Assembly: GCA_964016885.1 (NCBI GenBank)
Contig: OZ024746.1
Location: 99,262,001-99,326,000, forward strand
Direction of reading: 5' to 3'
Source of the DNA: Eledone cirrhosa
Taxonomy: Eukaryota
DNA: 64,000 nt
Shown: positions 1 to 12,957 of the stretch, piece by piece
How positions within the stretch are numbered: the first letter of the stretch is position 1
Layout: each line of letters starts with the position of its first letter
Position numbers and translations under genes: made by a program
Notes under the pieces: generated by a model
Database searches by the model: none
What the model was told of the DNA's origin: nothing
The model's input: the letters and a program-made list of their open reading frames with translations, nothing else

Positions 1-150
1 TATTTATAAATTTTAGCACAGCATTAACGAAGCTTTAGAAAACGGCCAAGCTAACGAATGCAGAATCGGTCTACAGCTTTAGCACTCGGATGAGGAAGAC
101 CCCCAGAGTAATAACATTACGTCCAGACAGCTTAGTAAATCAGATATATT

Positions 151-220
<70 letters not shown>

Positions 221-382
221 AAAGTTTTATTTAAAATTGTTGGGTTACAACAAGTAAATATTTTATAACTGATATAAAGCACTCAACAAGTTTTGGAGTA
301 GATATACGATATTAAACAAATGGAAACTATATTTATAAAACCATATTTATTTCATTATACATATTTCAGGGATACCATATTA

Positions 383-1125
383 AACAACTATAATAGAAAA
401 CATTACAATAATTCCAAAAGCCAGAAAAGAAATAGAACTAGAAATATAATATGGTTTGCCCCCCCCCCCCCTTCTCACTAAATATTAAAACCCATATTGC
501 TAAACTATTTTTTAATGCTCTTGACAAACGCTTCTCTAGAACACATAAATATCACTCAATTTTTAATAGACATACTATAAAATTAACTTACTCGTCCACC
601 AAAGATTTAGCACAAAATATTAACAGAATAAATAATAGGAATCTAAAACCTAGCCAAAATACCGATAATAGCCTAAACAATATTCAATTAAACAACTGTA
701 ACTGTAGAAATAAATCTAAATGTCCGTTAAATAACAATTGCTTAGTTAAAAATATAATATACAATTGTAATGTTAAAACTAACTTAAATTCTTTTAACTA
801 TGTTGGTTCCACCTCGACAGAATTTAAACTTCGCTATAATAATCATAAGAATTCTTTCACAGATCCAAACAGAAAATCTTCAACTTCACTATCAAGCTTA
901 CTCTGGCAACTTAAACATGATAACGTTGGATATTCGATGTTTTGGAATATTGTCTCAAGAGGGATTCCCTTTAATTCCTCATCTGAGACATGTGACCTCT
1001 GTGTGGAGGAGATATTCTTTATATTAAAATCTAAAAATTCCCTTAATTTAAGGAGCAATTTATTCAGTTACTGCAGACATAGATTGAACTCAACGTTTAA
1101 ATATAAATATAAATTTAAAATGTAG
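383..1125 (+). pseudogene. PLE linker + GIY-YIG endonuclease (C-terminal fragment, frameshift in poly-C at ~459-471)
   Basis: RNIIWF(A)PP..F, CNC-x5-CPL, IIY...YVGST..FK.RYNNH, CDLCVEE, LN.R...CRHR motifs. Confidence 0.88.
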
Positions 1126-2719
1126 TATATTTAGTTAAGATATTTAATTAATTATGAAACCTGACGATAAATCTTTTAAACCTTCTTCATAAATATATAC
1201 TAATGATGTAATTAAACTACCCTAAAATGTAGATGCTCCCAATCTATTGAATAAATTTTACGCTAGATATACTTCTATACTAAATATAAGAGCATCTGTA
1301 GAACAACAGGGTCTCCTAAATCTTTTAAATGATTTCTGCTAAGTAGGTTTTGTTGAATAATTTTTGGTTTTTTGTTTGCTTTTTGATTCTGATTGCTTCT
1401 AATGAACTTGGCAATATATTGTCAGATAAATTGGAAGAGTAGATGTCTGTGGTTGATATGGGGGGAATACTGTGTTTTTTACGGCCCGAGATACTCTAGG
1501 GAGTGATGAAAATATTTTTAACGTTTTGATATCTCTGTGCTGATATATTAATATCTGTTGTCTCTGTACAAAGGCCATATGTATTAATATGAATTGGAAT
1601 GATTACAGAGTATATTTTATTTTATCTGTTTATTTTATCTGTCCATGTACATATATGTGCGCACGCATATATATATGTATGTGTGGCTATAGTTCTGGAT
1701 ATGCATAATATTCTATACATAGACGATAATCATGTATGTGAGGGCAGGAATATTAATATATATTTTTATGTATATATATGTATGTATATATATATATAGT
1801 AAAATCTTTTATAACACAAGGGAAATTTTTTTTCTGTGAAACAAGAAATTACAGAGTTGATCACGTAAGATCACGGGTATGTCTATAATATCAACTAGAA
1901 CTTGAGATGACCTTCTCTTTTTCTCTTTCTTTCCTTTTCTGGAAAGTACATATATACTTATGTATTTCCGTATTTTTTGAAGTTTTATCTCAGTTGTTTG
2001 GTACATCGACCTCAGAATTTTTAAACTAAACATATGGTCATTATTTTTCACACATTGTATATCTATGTCTCATTCATGAATATTGATATTTACATTATAA
2101 TACCCAATTCATATGAATTGATAATTCAAATTGATAGGACATAACGTAAAGATGTAAATCTATCATCCTTCTCTCTAGATATAGCTCTTTCTTCTCCTCC
2201 CTCTTTATATATGATGAAATTTAAGTATCGGTTATTTTAACTTTGCCTCTCGAGCTTCTCTCTTGTTTTCTCTCTTACTTCTCTCCTATTTCTCTCACCT
2301 CCCCATATATAATTATTATTATTTGGTCTACCTCTTTTTCCCCCCACCTCTATCTTTCTCTATCTCTCTGTTTTCTCTATATTTTTTATTTCTCTCCGTC
2401 TCCTTAACACTATAACTAAATAATTACAGTACTCCCTCCCTCCTAAATCTCTCAATTTGTATGATGAATTATTATTATTCATCTGTTGCCTCAGCTGCCT
2501 CTCTTTTTTCACCTCCTCACTATTTCTCTCTCCCCTATCTCTCTCTATTTCTCTCTGTGTTTCTTTACATACATTTCTTCTTTTTCTCCGTCTTTCTTTT
2601 TAACTGTGCTTAACACTAAATATTTATAAACATCTCACTACCAAACCAACTTCTTACATAAAAGTTGATCAATATTTATGGTACGTCAAAATTATTTATA
2701 AAACTGCTTATATATTGTA

Positions 2720-2781
2720 TTTTATCTGAAGAAGGCATGCCATATTTTTAATATGGTATCCCTGAAATATGTATAATGAAA
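2720..2781 (+). ncRNA. Type I hammerhead ribozyme, intact core
   Basis: ttttat-CTGAAGA-aggcatgccatatt/aatatggtatccct-GAAA-tatgta-TA-atgaaa; stems I-III pair. Confidence 0.85.
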
Positions 2782-2823
2782 TAAATATGGTTTTATAAAT
2801 ATAGTTTCCATTTGTTTAATATC

Positions 2824-2861
<38 letters not shown>

Positions 2862-2864
<3 letters not shown>

Positions 2865-3669
2865 ACCACCGCTTCTTGGATTACCCACACGCGTTATTGA
2901 CTTCTAACCAAAATCTCCATACATCCGTGTAACTTACCAACTTTTCAACCATCCTCTTACGTCATCACCTATATAACTCACCCACACACACACCCCAACA
3001 TTTTTTTTTATCCACACGCCACCCACACCCACAACACGCTTAAACCACACGTGCTTCCCACCACATATTTACACCCTCAGCCCCCTGATTCCTCTCCCCC
3101 CACCCCCTATCCACACACGCACAGACCCTCCGACCCACAAAAACACCCCCCACACACACCTTCCTGAACATGCAACCCCGTTCTTCCCCCAACCCTCACT
3201 TTCACATACACACACACATACACACACGCACACCTAACCACACACACCACCTTCAGCCCTCCCCGCTCGGACACCCCGTCTCCCTCTCCCCACTCCACCC
3301 GCCACCACCCTTACTCACCCCACACCCTTCCACCACCTGTTTACCCCCCTTTTAATTTCAGTTTATTTTGATCATGCCTTTATTTTAAAATTTTCTCATT
3401 CCTTGTATTTTGATCATGCTTTATTTTTATTTATTATTTATTATATTTTTGTCTTTATTTGTTAATTTTTCATTCGCACCGTTTCCTTTCGCTATATGTC
3501 TCTCCACCACTCCCCTACACACCTTTTGAACTCTGTTCCCACACACTTCTCACCTGAAGAAGGGCTTATGCCCGAAACCTCGTCCCCCACCTACCCCCCA
3601 CTCTCCTGAGCGTGAATTTAATAAACATTTATCGTACTGCCTCTCTGTTCTGTCCCTGTTCAATTTTTC

Positions 3670-3672
<3 letters not shown>
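2862..3672 (+). mobile_element. PLE 3' end/tail (second family) between (TA)n tracts, with minimal hammerhead motif at 3554-3584
   Basis: CTGAAGA-agggc-ttat-gccc-GAAA-cctcgtc, AATAAA; same tail recurs at 9604-9674 (-) and 42930-43055 (-). Confidence 0.7.
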
Positions 3673-3763
<91 letters not shown>

Positions 3764-3789
3764 CATAAATATATATATATAGTATGTAA

Positions 3790-3879
<90 letters not shown>

Positions 3880-3881
<2 letters not shown>

Positions 3882-4360
3882 GCTATTTATGCAATTTTTT
3901 GCAAGGTATACACATACTGAATTCATTTGCTAAAATCTGGGGTTTTATCCCCTTGTGAATTTACGCGGCTCTGTGTCATTCACAAATTTGGCGCAGAACA
4001 AAATACCTGTTGATAACGTGATATTCCTTGTTCGATCATTATACCTAAAGCTTATAATTTTAAGCAGACAATATTTTGATTTAGGGGTCATAGAAACCCT
4101 GCATTTGGATTTTAACATTAATTCTAATGGGTCCAGGTCTGTGATTTTTTTTATCATTTATTTTGTTTTGACCTGTTTAGCTTGATTTGCTCTTTGGCTT
4201 AGGTGGTTGATGTTTTCTTGACCACTTTTTCAGTTTTGTATGGCGTTTTAACATATTGTTTAGCTCTGGTTTTTTTAACTATGGAACGCTTGCCAGCATA
4301 ACTCTGATATTGCGTTTCGTTTCGCTTTTTCTACCCGCCGAAATGCGATTCTCGCTAAAT
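3880..4360 (-). mobile_element. Probable 5' end fragment of a PLE
   Basis: 4220-4355 is homologous to the 5' leader (31478-31596) of the near full-length PLE; flanked by (TA)n. Confidence 0.55.
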
Positions 4361-4695
4361 TTATATTTATATACACATATATATATGTGTGTGTGTATGC
4401 TTAGAGATGACGTTAGATATATGCGGCCATACAGGTATACACATACACACACATTCATACATACACACACACTTATATACACACTCACATATATGTATGC
4501 ACCCCCCCCCCCAATATATATATATGTGTGTGTGTGTGTCTCCCGGGTTCAATCGGGGGTAACCACAGTAAGTAAAGTACTGAATACATAGTCGAGTATA
4601 TATAATATTTAATATAGAAATAGCTCTTACAGGACTAGAACTGTTTCATTCGGAGGAAATCATTATGGTTACCTCCGATTGAACCCGGGATAAAC

Positions 4696-4736
<41 letters not shown>

Positions 4737-4739
4737 ACA

Positions 4740-4912
4740 AAGAAAGTGTGGTAGAAAACCCGGTGGACCATAACGCATCAGAGTACTGGTACTAAGGGTA
4801 GTAGAGTGGGTATTAGGAAAAGAGTCAAAACCCCGACGGCTGAGCTCCGGCCGTTTCGACAAATAGATCCGAAACGGCCGGAGCTCAGCCGTCGGGGTCC
4901 TGCCTCTTTCCT
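4740..4912. mobile_element. PLE-like tail pair with 29-bp-arm hairpin (4830-4898) containing hammerhead 3' halves
   Basis: GAAAC-GGC..GCC-GTC-ggggt on both arms; same family at 26810-27012 and 47490-47602. Confidence 0.65.
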
Positions 4913-4980
4913 ATATATATATATATAGGCAACAAAAGAAGCGGAGGGGAATCACGTGCATCATGGTTGGTATTATAATA

Positions 4981-5187
4981 TTGGTTTCTGATTTAGGCAC
5001 AAGGCCAACAATTTTGAGGGAGGGGAAAGTCGATTAAATCAAGCCCAGTACATGACTGATACTTTATTTTATCGACCCCGTAAAGGTGAAATGCAAAGCT
5101 AACCTCGGCGGGATTTGATCTTAGAATGTATGTGCCGTAACGCTATGCCGCAAACCACGCTCTCCTACGCTCGACCGATACTGCCAA
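4981..5187 (-). mobile_element. tRNA-derived SINE, main family
   Basis: matches the family consensus (ggcagtatcggtagagcgtcgg...gagttcaaatcccgccgaggttaactttgcctttcatcc...ggccttgtgcc) shared by >20 copies in the window. Confidence 0.85.
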
Positions 5188-5199
5188 ATATTGGCTACA

Positions 5200-5950
5200 A
5201 TTAAAAAGGCTCCACTTAAAACTAGAATTAAAAAGGAAGGCTTTTGAGTCTTTGTGGTCTGCAGTTGGTTGTGGTTCATTGGCTTTCTGGTGCCACCAAT
5301 TTTTCTTCATTTACCGAAGACTACTTTGAAGTTTTGATTTAATAGCCTTAAACTTACTGCTTTTGTTAGGATCTGCGGACATTTCTAGAATGTGTTTGCA
5401 CACTTCTTGTTTTTCACGCAAAATCTGGTCACTTCCAAGTCATTATCAGCAAACCAATCAGCCACTTTCTTGGGCTCCAAACTCAAAGTACTTTGTGCCA
5501 CTTCATAGACTTGAGAGTTGAAAGTCTTCCAAAGGTTATCTTCATCGAAAGTAATGCTCTTGAAAACTTCTGAATAGCATAGGGAATTTGATGCTTGCTG
5601 TGTTTATTCTCTTTCGTATTTTAGACCCCATCTTTCTGATATTTTGTGGTCCGTCCAAAATTCTGCACCTTCTATTATTCGGACATTAGTGATGTCATTC
5701 AGAGCTGCTTTGTTAGTTACTTTGTAGCCAGCTGGTGTTTGGTACACAATGTGAGAAGAGATAGTCCATTCTTGTTGTATTTTCCAGTGCCATGCTTCCC
5801 AAATCAGACCACGTTGCATATCTCCTACCTTGGAACATTTCGCACCAGAGTCAAGATCCTGATAAAATTTGTCAATGCTTTTAATGGAAAGTGACATTTT
5901 CGGTGCGTAAACTCTCACAATTGTCAGGAATCTGCTCACTTTTTCCACTT
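5200..5950 (-). pseudogene. Decayed RTE-like LINE, APE endonuclease region
   Basis: TIVRVYAP, FYQDL, 'DITNVRII.GAE.WTDH' motifs; multiple stops. Confidence 0.65.
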
Positions 5951-6310
5951 TGGCGACACCAAGAGAATTCCTGGCACTATGTATAACTGGTGTCGCTAAA
6001 GTGAAACCCCCAAAAGCAAAAACAAAAATGAAAAACAGATGAATGGTAATAGACGACTAAAAGAAAAAAAAACAATGAATAAAAGCTAAAATAATGGGAG
6101 TGGCTGATATTTATGTGTATGTTTGGGTTTGTTAGGGTATGTTTGTATGTTTGGGTATGTTTGGGTATGTTTGGGTATGTTTGTATGTTTGGTTATGTTT
6201 GGGTATGTATATGATAAGTGTATGTGAGTGTGTTGTTGTTTTGAATTCCTTTCTGCAATTGAACTTAAATTGACACCTGGCGATTAAAGGCCCAACACGT
6301 ACGCACACCA

Positions 6311-6462
<152 letters not shown>

Positions 6463-6544
6463 TTGTTTTAGGTTGTGTACCCATTTGATGTAAGATGAAT
6501 TCAGTATCTTATATTGAAATATAATTTGACAGGGGGGCGTTGAC

Positions 6545-7150
6545 AAAAAAGTTATGAGCCCAACGAGGGTGCCGCCTGAACAATGATTGGTAAACAGACT
6601 TAAGGGAAAGGCAGGAGAACACCTGGCAGAAGAACAGGCAGGATTCAGGCCCAAAAAGTAAAACAGAGCAGATATTTAACATCAAACTGTTCACTGAGAA
6701 ACGCCTGCAGCACCAATCTAGCCTTTATCTTAACTTCGTCGACTTTAAAATAAGCCTTTGGCCATATTTGGCATGAGGCTTTGTGGAAGGTGATGAAGGA
6801 TTACAACTTTAACATCAACCTCGTTTTAGTAATTAAATACTGTATAAGAACTGAAACAGTGCAGTTCTCCTGAATAAGACCATTGGAGAATTCTTCAGGA
6901 CAACAGTGGGAGTTGAACAAGGATGTCTCCTTTCTTCATCTTTTCAACATCTTCCGAGACAACATCATATAAGAGACGCGCCAAGACGTCCACACCTCTT
7001 ATGACATTTACCTTTTTGGAAGCAATGAAGCAGAACTCCAGGAGGCCACTACCAGAACGGAAGAAGTAGCAGGGACATGGGGAATGGAGATCAGCTGAGA
7101 AAGGAACAAGATTATGGTTACCAGAATATAACAACCAACATCATGCTGAA
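6545..7150 (+). pseudogene. Decayed RTE-like LINE reverse transcriptase fragment
   Basis: LAEEQAGFRP, FVDFK.AF, GVEQGCLLS motifs across frameshifts. Confidence 0.75.
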
Positions 7151-7232
7151 CACACACGTACATACATACACACACACATACATACACACACATACACACA
7201 GACATACACACACACAACACACACACAAAACA

Positions 7233-7280
<48 letters not shown>

Positions 7281-7352
7281 TACAAGACACACAAACATAC
7301 AAGACACACACACACACAAAACACTCACACAGAAACACACAGAAACACACAG

Positions 7353-7420
<68 letters not shown>

Positions 7421-7488
7421 AGACACACAACACACAAGTAACTAGTCGTTTCTTTTCCATAGAATGGCGGAAAACGTTGGTGTAACAC

Positions 7489-8595
7489 ATTTATAGTCTA
7501 CAATACAACAATAACCTCTGACCCCTGTCGGGTCATTTAAAGTCTACAATACAACAATAACCTCTGACCTCTGTCGGGTCATTTAAAGTCTACAATACAA
7601 CAATAACCTCTGACCCCTGTCGGGTCATTTAAAGTCTACAATACAACAATAACCTCTGACCTCTGTCGGGTCATTTAAAGTCTACAATACAACAATAACC
7701 TCTGACCCCTGTCGGGTCATTTAAAGTCTACAATACAACAATAACCTCTGACCTCTGTCGGGTCATTTAAAGTCTACAATACAACAATAACCTCTGACCT
7801 CTGTCGGGTCATTTAAAGTCTACAATCCAACAATAACCTCTGACCTCTGTCGGGTCATTTAAAGTCTACAATCCAACAATAACCTCTGACCCCTGTCGGG
7901 TCATTTAAAGTCTACAATCCAACAATAACCTCTGACCCCTGTCAGGTCATTTATAGTCTACAATATAATAATAACCTCTGACCCCTGTCAGGTCATTTAT
8001 AGTCTACAATATAATAATAACCTCTGACCCCTGTCAGGTCATTTATAGTCTACAATACAACAATAACCTCTGACCCCTGTCGGGTCATTTAAAGTCTACA
8101 ATACAACAATAACCTCTGACCCCTGTCAGGTCATTTATAGTCTACAATATAATAATAACCTCTGACCCCTGTCAGGTCATTTATAGTCTACAATCCAACA
8201 ATAACCTCTGACCCCTGTCAGGTCATTTATAGTCTACAATACAACAATAACCTCTGACCCCTGTCAGGTCATTTATAGTCTACAATATAATAATAACCTC
8301 TGACCCCTGTCAGGTCATTTATAGTCTACAATCCAACAATAACCTCTGACCCCTGTCAGGTCATTTATAGTCTACAATACAACAATAACCTCTGACCCCT
8401 GTCGGGTCATTTATAGTCTACAATACAACAATAACCTCTGACCCCTGTCGGGTCATTTATAGTCTACAATACAACAATAACCTCTGACCCCTGTCGGGTC
8501 ATTTATAGTCTACAATACAACAATAACCTCTGACCCCTGTCGGGTCATTTAAAGTCTACAATCCAACAATAACCTCTGACCCCTGTCGGGTCATT
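7489..8595. repeat. 46-bp minisatellite, ~24 copies
   Basis: unit atttawagtctacaatacaacaataacctctgacccctgtcrggtc; period 7501->7547. Confidence 0.95.
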
Positions 8596-8728
8596 TGAAT
8601 AAACGGGGAAAGTGTACATTAATTTGTTCCCAAATTCAAACATGTACGTACACACATACATACACCCCCGCCCCACTCACATATCCATGTGTATATATAT
8701 GTGTGTATATATATATATATATACACAC

Positions 8729-8765
<37 letters not shown>

Positions 8766-8791
8766 TACACTCACACATTTACGTGAATATA

Positions 8792-8833
<42 letters not shown>

Positions 8834-8873
8834 AACACACATACACAAACAGACACACACACACACATATATA

Positions 8874-8906
<33 letters not shown>

Positions 8907-9667
8907 TGAGAGAAAGACTACGTTATTCCTGATCGGAGAAAATGTCTAGATAAGACAAAAAGAAGTTGTACATACTAGATTCTGTTAAAGTGAAATTCTA
9001 CACTGAACTGTTTTATTATTGAAGTAAACTATATTTTAGATAAGGGAAACCAACAGTTCTTACTCTCCTCTTTTTCTTATTACTTATCTTTCATTTGAAT
9101 TTCTGCTGTAATAGCGAAATTCATAGGGCAAAGAATCTGTAACATATAGATTTAATACGATAATTAAGAGTTAACCCCACCAATTACCATGCTCTACGCA
9201 GACATGTACGTGGTGTGGGCTCTCCCTGCTTCCTACTGTATACACAGGCACACATTTGTAAGGGAGAGTGTGAGACTTGGTTCACATTGTGTTGTGTGCA
9301 TGTATGTGGTTCTACGCTGATGCACACACACACACACACACACACATGCAAACACGCACACATACACAGAAGAACACACACACACACATGCAAACACGCA
9401 CACATACACAGAAGAATACACACACACTCATATATATATATACCGTATGTAATATATATAAAAATATATATATATATATGCATATATATCTATATATACA
9501 TATACATATATATGTATATATACATATACATATATATGTATATATACATATGCATATATATATATATATACACATATATATATACATGTATACATATATA
9601 TATATAGTGCAAATTTGGACGGGAACAAAACAGAGAGGCAGACAAATAAAGGTTTATTAGGTTCACG

Positions 9668-9699
<32 letters not shown>

Positions 9700-9750
9700 C
9701 ATTACATAGGGTATATATGTATATGTACACACACACACATATATATATAT

Positions 9751-9829
<79 letters not shown>

Positions 9830-9955
9830 TGATGACCCTGTGATAAACAGGTGAAATTCCAGAGGAACAAGTCTCACTATTTAGCCTTAATAAAAGGAAT
9901 GTTAAACTCTACTTTGGTATTGAGTACTCTTTTCTTTCGGCTGACAATTACATGT
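9830..9955 (+). mobile_element. Solo PLE tail beginning within a hammerhead core; related copy at 27950-28012 (-)
   Basis: TGATGA-c-cctg-tgataaa-cagg-t-GAAA, AATAAA, (TA)n on both sides. Confidence 0.6.
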
Positions 9956-9993
<38 letters not shown>

Positions 9994-10189
9994 AAAAAAA
10001 AAACGAAAACAAAAAGCAGGACTGAAACTTACTTTAGAATTTTAATTCCGCGTAAACATTATACACATTTCGCTGGCTCAGTTACATCATCCGATCACAA
10101 TGCAAGACTTAGGCAATTTCATCAAGTGTTAATTTCAGAATTCGTTCCAACAGGATTATGGTGAATGCGAACAGAGAATAGAAAATAGG

Positions 10190-10495
10190 TTTGAACTCAG
10201 AAGGTAAAGAGCCATAACTCAGTGCCGCAATACACGCTCTCCGATGCTGCACCGATATTGCCAACTACCGCCTCTCTTCGACTAAATAAATAATGGTTTC
10301 TGATTTAGGCACAAGGGAAGGGGAAAGTCGATTATATAGATCCCTGTGTGTGACTGGTACTTCATTTCATCAACCCCGAAAGGATGAAATGCAAAGCTAA
10401 CCTCGGCAAGATTTGAACTCAGAACGTAAAGAGACGTAACTCTATGTCGCAAAGCATGCTGTCTGACGCTCTACCAATACTGCCAATTCACTGCA
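10190..10495 (-). mobile_element. Main-family SINE head fragment plus full copy
   Basis: similarity to the other copies. Confidence 0.8.
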
Positions 10496-10824
10496 ACTCT
10501 TCGACTCAGCTGTAAACTATTAGACAGTAAGCTGTATATCACGGCCTTTACTATAATTGCTATAATAACTTACGTAAGATCATCTTCGGCATTCTTGTGA
10601 AGACCTTTGAGGGAATTAATTTTGAACCCTGCAGTAGCTTGACATGATCCCGATTTATTATTAAGTTGATTGGGCTTTTATTGAGCGTCGTTTAGCACAT
10701 TACAAGCTAAGCTCAAAATATGGAGAATCACAATGGCGCCACTGATAGTGCACAAAGGATATCACATACATTATATTAACAGGTCTATTGATAAGACCTT
10801 TTTCTCTGTTTCTTTGTCTCTCAT

Positions 10825-11130
10825 GTGTGGCTTTGTTCTAAGGGTATTCGGCTCAAGATCGTAAGGCCATGAGTTTGATTCCAGGTGGGTGCTGTGTCTT
10901 TGAGCAAGACAGTTTATTTCACGTTACTCCAGTCCACTCAGCTAGCAAAAATGAGATGTACCTGTAATTCGAAGGGTCAGCTTTGTCACATACTGTTACG
11001 CTGAATCTTTCTAAAAACTACGTTTAAAGATACGCGTTTTTGTGGAATGCTCAGTCACTTGTACGTTAATTTCACATTAATTGATCGTATCAATTGGAAC
11101 ACTCCTCGTCGTAACCGACGGAGTGCCGCT
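10825..11130 (+). mobile_element. Second tRNA-derived SINE family
   Basis: A/B-box-like head, gtgtcYttgagcaagaca and ccactcagct blocks; homologous to 45803-46090. Confidence 0.8.
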
Positions 11131-11164
11131 ACTACTTGTCTCTCATTCTCATTCTCTCTCTCCA

Positions 11165-11490
11165 ACATGCATGGTCCCATAATTCTCGAGGGAGTCGTAG
11201 AGGCCCCGTATTGACATACGGCGTTTCTCGGACATTGTTCAACCTGGCGGAGCCCATGCCCGCTCCAGGTCTGACTACGGCAGATTTCTTCCAGAGAAGG
11301 ACAGAGAATGAGAGAGAATAGAAGTGAGAAAGACATATAGAGGAAGACTCGAGCCCAGTACTTTTTATCAACCTCGACTGGATGAAAGGTCAAGTTGACC
11401 TCGGCTGAATTTTAACTCTGAGAGTAGAGAGCCGGGTGGAATACGATAAAGTATTCTATCCGACCTTCGAACGACTCTACCAAATCACTG
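11165..11490 (-). mobile_element. SINE with main-family head and alternative long tail
   Basis: homologous to 19945-20285 (-) and 38288-38600 (+). Confidence 0.8.
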
Positions 11491-11526
11491 CATACATAGA
11501 CCAAATCACTCCCACATACATAGACT

Positions 11527-11595
<69 letters not shown>

Positions 11596-11632
11596 TAATA
11601 GTGTACTACACATTTGTGTTTGATTATTTGAA

Positions 11633-12741
11633 ACTAGCAGCAGTACCCAGCGTTGCCTGGGTAGGTAAAATAATATCTGCTTTGATGAAAAGGTGTTGAT
11701 CTTAGCGACTGCTTCTCGATGACTCATCTATGGCCACACACAGGTCATGCGGGGGAGGGTGGTGATGAGAAACGCGGGTGACTGACGAAGGGGCATGCTG
11801 GGGGAGGGAGGTAATGACCTCTAACACTAAGCAAAATTTCCTAGCGCTACTTGATTGGAAACCGATGAATTCTCAAATACACAACTAAAAGCTCAGAGGA
11901 CGTCAGTGGACATCGTTTTGTCTTTGACCATCAACTGGATAATTGGATGGAATTATAGAATCGTAAACATCATTTGCAGCAAATGGTGAAAAGTTAAGAT
12001 GATTTTCTGCAAATCCTGAGAATTTAGAAGAAGTCGTATTAAAGAATAAGATGTGCAATGATAGGTTCTATCGTAGTATAAAAGTTGAACCAAATAAATT
12101 GATTTATGTGTGAGGTGGAGCCGAAGTTTCGAATTTGAACGAAATCGGTTGAAAAATGTGGGAGCTGGGAGCTAGAGCCGAAAAGGCAGAAATTTGAGCG
12201 AAAAGGTGGTATTTTCGAATATTTAAGCGGCTGCCACGCCGTTCCTGAACAAAAAATCCAAAATGTAAGCCACTTTAAGACGTGAAATAATCAGATCTAG
12301 CGTAGTGTAAAATTTGAACAGTAGATTGATTAATGTGGGAACTAGAGCCGAAAAAGTGGAAATTTGAGTCTAAAGTGGTATTTTTGAATATTTAAGCGGC
12401 TGCCACGCCGTCCTTGAACAACAAATGCAAAATATGAAGCCATTACAGGATGTGCAATGATAAATTCTATTTTGCTTTAAAATTTGAACGAAATCGGTGG
12501 CAAAATGTGGGAGCTAGAACCAAAAATCTTATTTTTCGATACCTAAAAAAAGGTGACCCCCTATCGATTTTTATCTGCAGAATGACCCCGGAATAAAACC
12601 CGATACGATGATATATAGAAAACACTCCCCGATGACTAATCTATGAGCTTGTAAAGTTTCATGAAAATCGGTCGTAAGATGTAGGCCCCTATAGGTAATA
12701 CACAGACACACACACACACTTAATTTTATATATATACAGAT
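11633..12741. mobile_element. Non-autonomous Helentron/DINE-1-like element
   Basis: ACTAG terminus with cccag-cgttgc-ctggg hairpin; aaagtttcatgaaaatcgg block; short CA repeat; tttatatatatacagat terminus; internal ~170-bp duplication. Confidence 0.75.
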
Positions 12742-12744
12742 GTG

Positions 12745-12957
12745 TAGGGCAGCGGATTGGCAGTATCGGTAGAGCGTCGGACAACATGCTTTGCAGCATA
12801 GAGTTACGGCTCTTTATGATCTGAGTTCAAATACCGCCGATGTTAACTTTGCCTTTCATCCTTACGGGGTCGATAAATTAAAGTACCAGTAACGCAGGGG
12901 TCGATTTAATCGATTTTGCCCTCCCCCAAAATTGCTGGCCTATAGTAGAAACCATTA
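12745..12957 (+). mobile_element. Main-family SINE (partial minus-strand copy nearby at 13061-13152)
   Basis: consensus match. Confidence 0.85.

Larger units (their letters stand above)
303..2827 (+). mobile_element. 5'-truncated Penelope-like retroelement (probably Hydra-clade type) with inverted copy of its 3' tail at the 5' end
   Basis: GIY-YIG ORF 451-1125; long 3' UTR with hammerhead at 2720-2781; 303-382 is the reverse complement of 2749-2827; (TA)n follows the 3' end. Confidence 0.88.

Noticed and set aside
459-471. Programmed frameshift at the poly-C of WxxPP, also shifted at 29677-29683
   Set aside because: The two copies shift in different directions, so homopolymer slippage or sequencing error is more parsimonious
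10575-10700. Possible minus-strand host exon ending at a GTAAGT donor
   Set aside because: No clear acceptor or recognisable protein; cannot be supported without RNA data
12745-12840. tRNA genes
   Set aside because: A/B-box-like sequences are SINE heads and do not form complete cloverleafs
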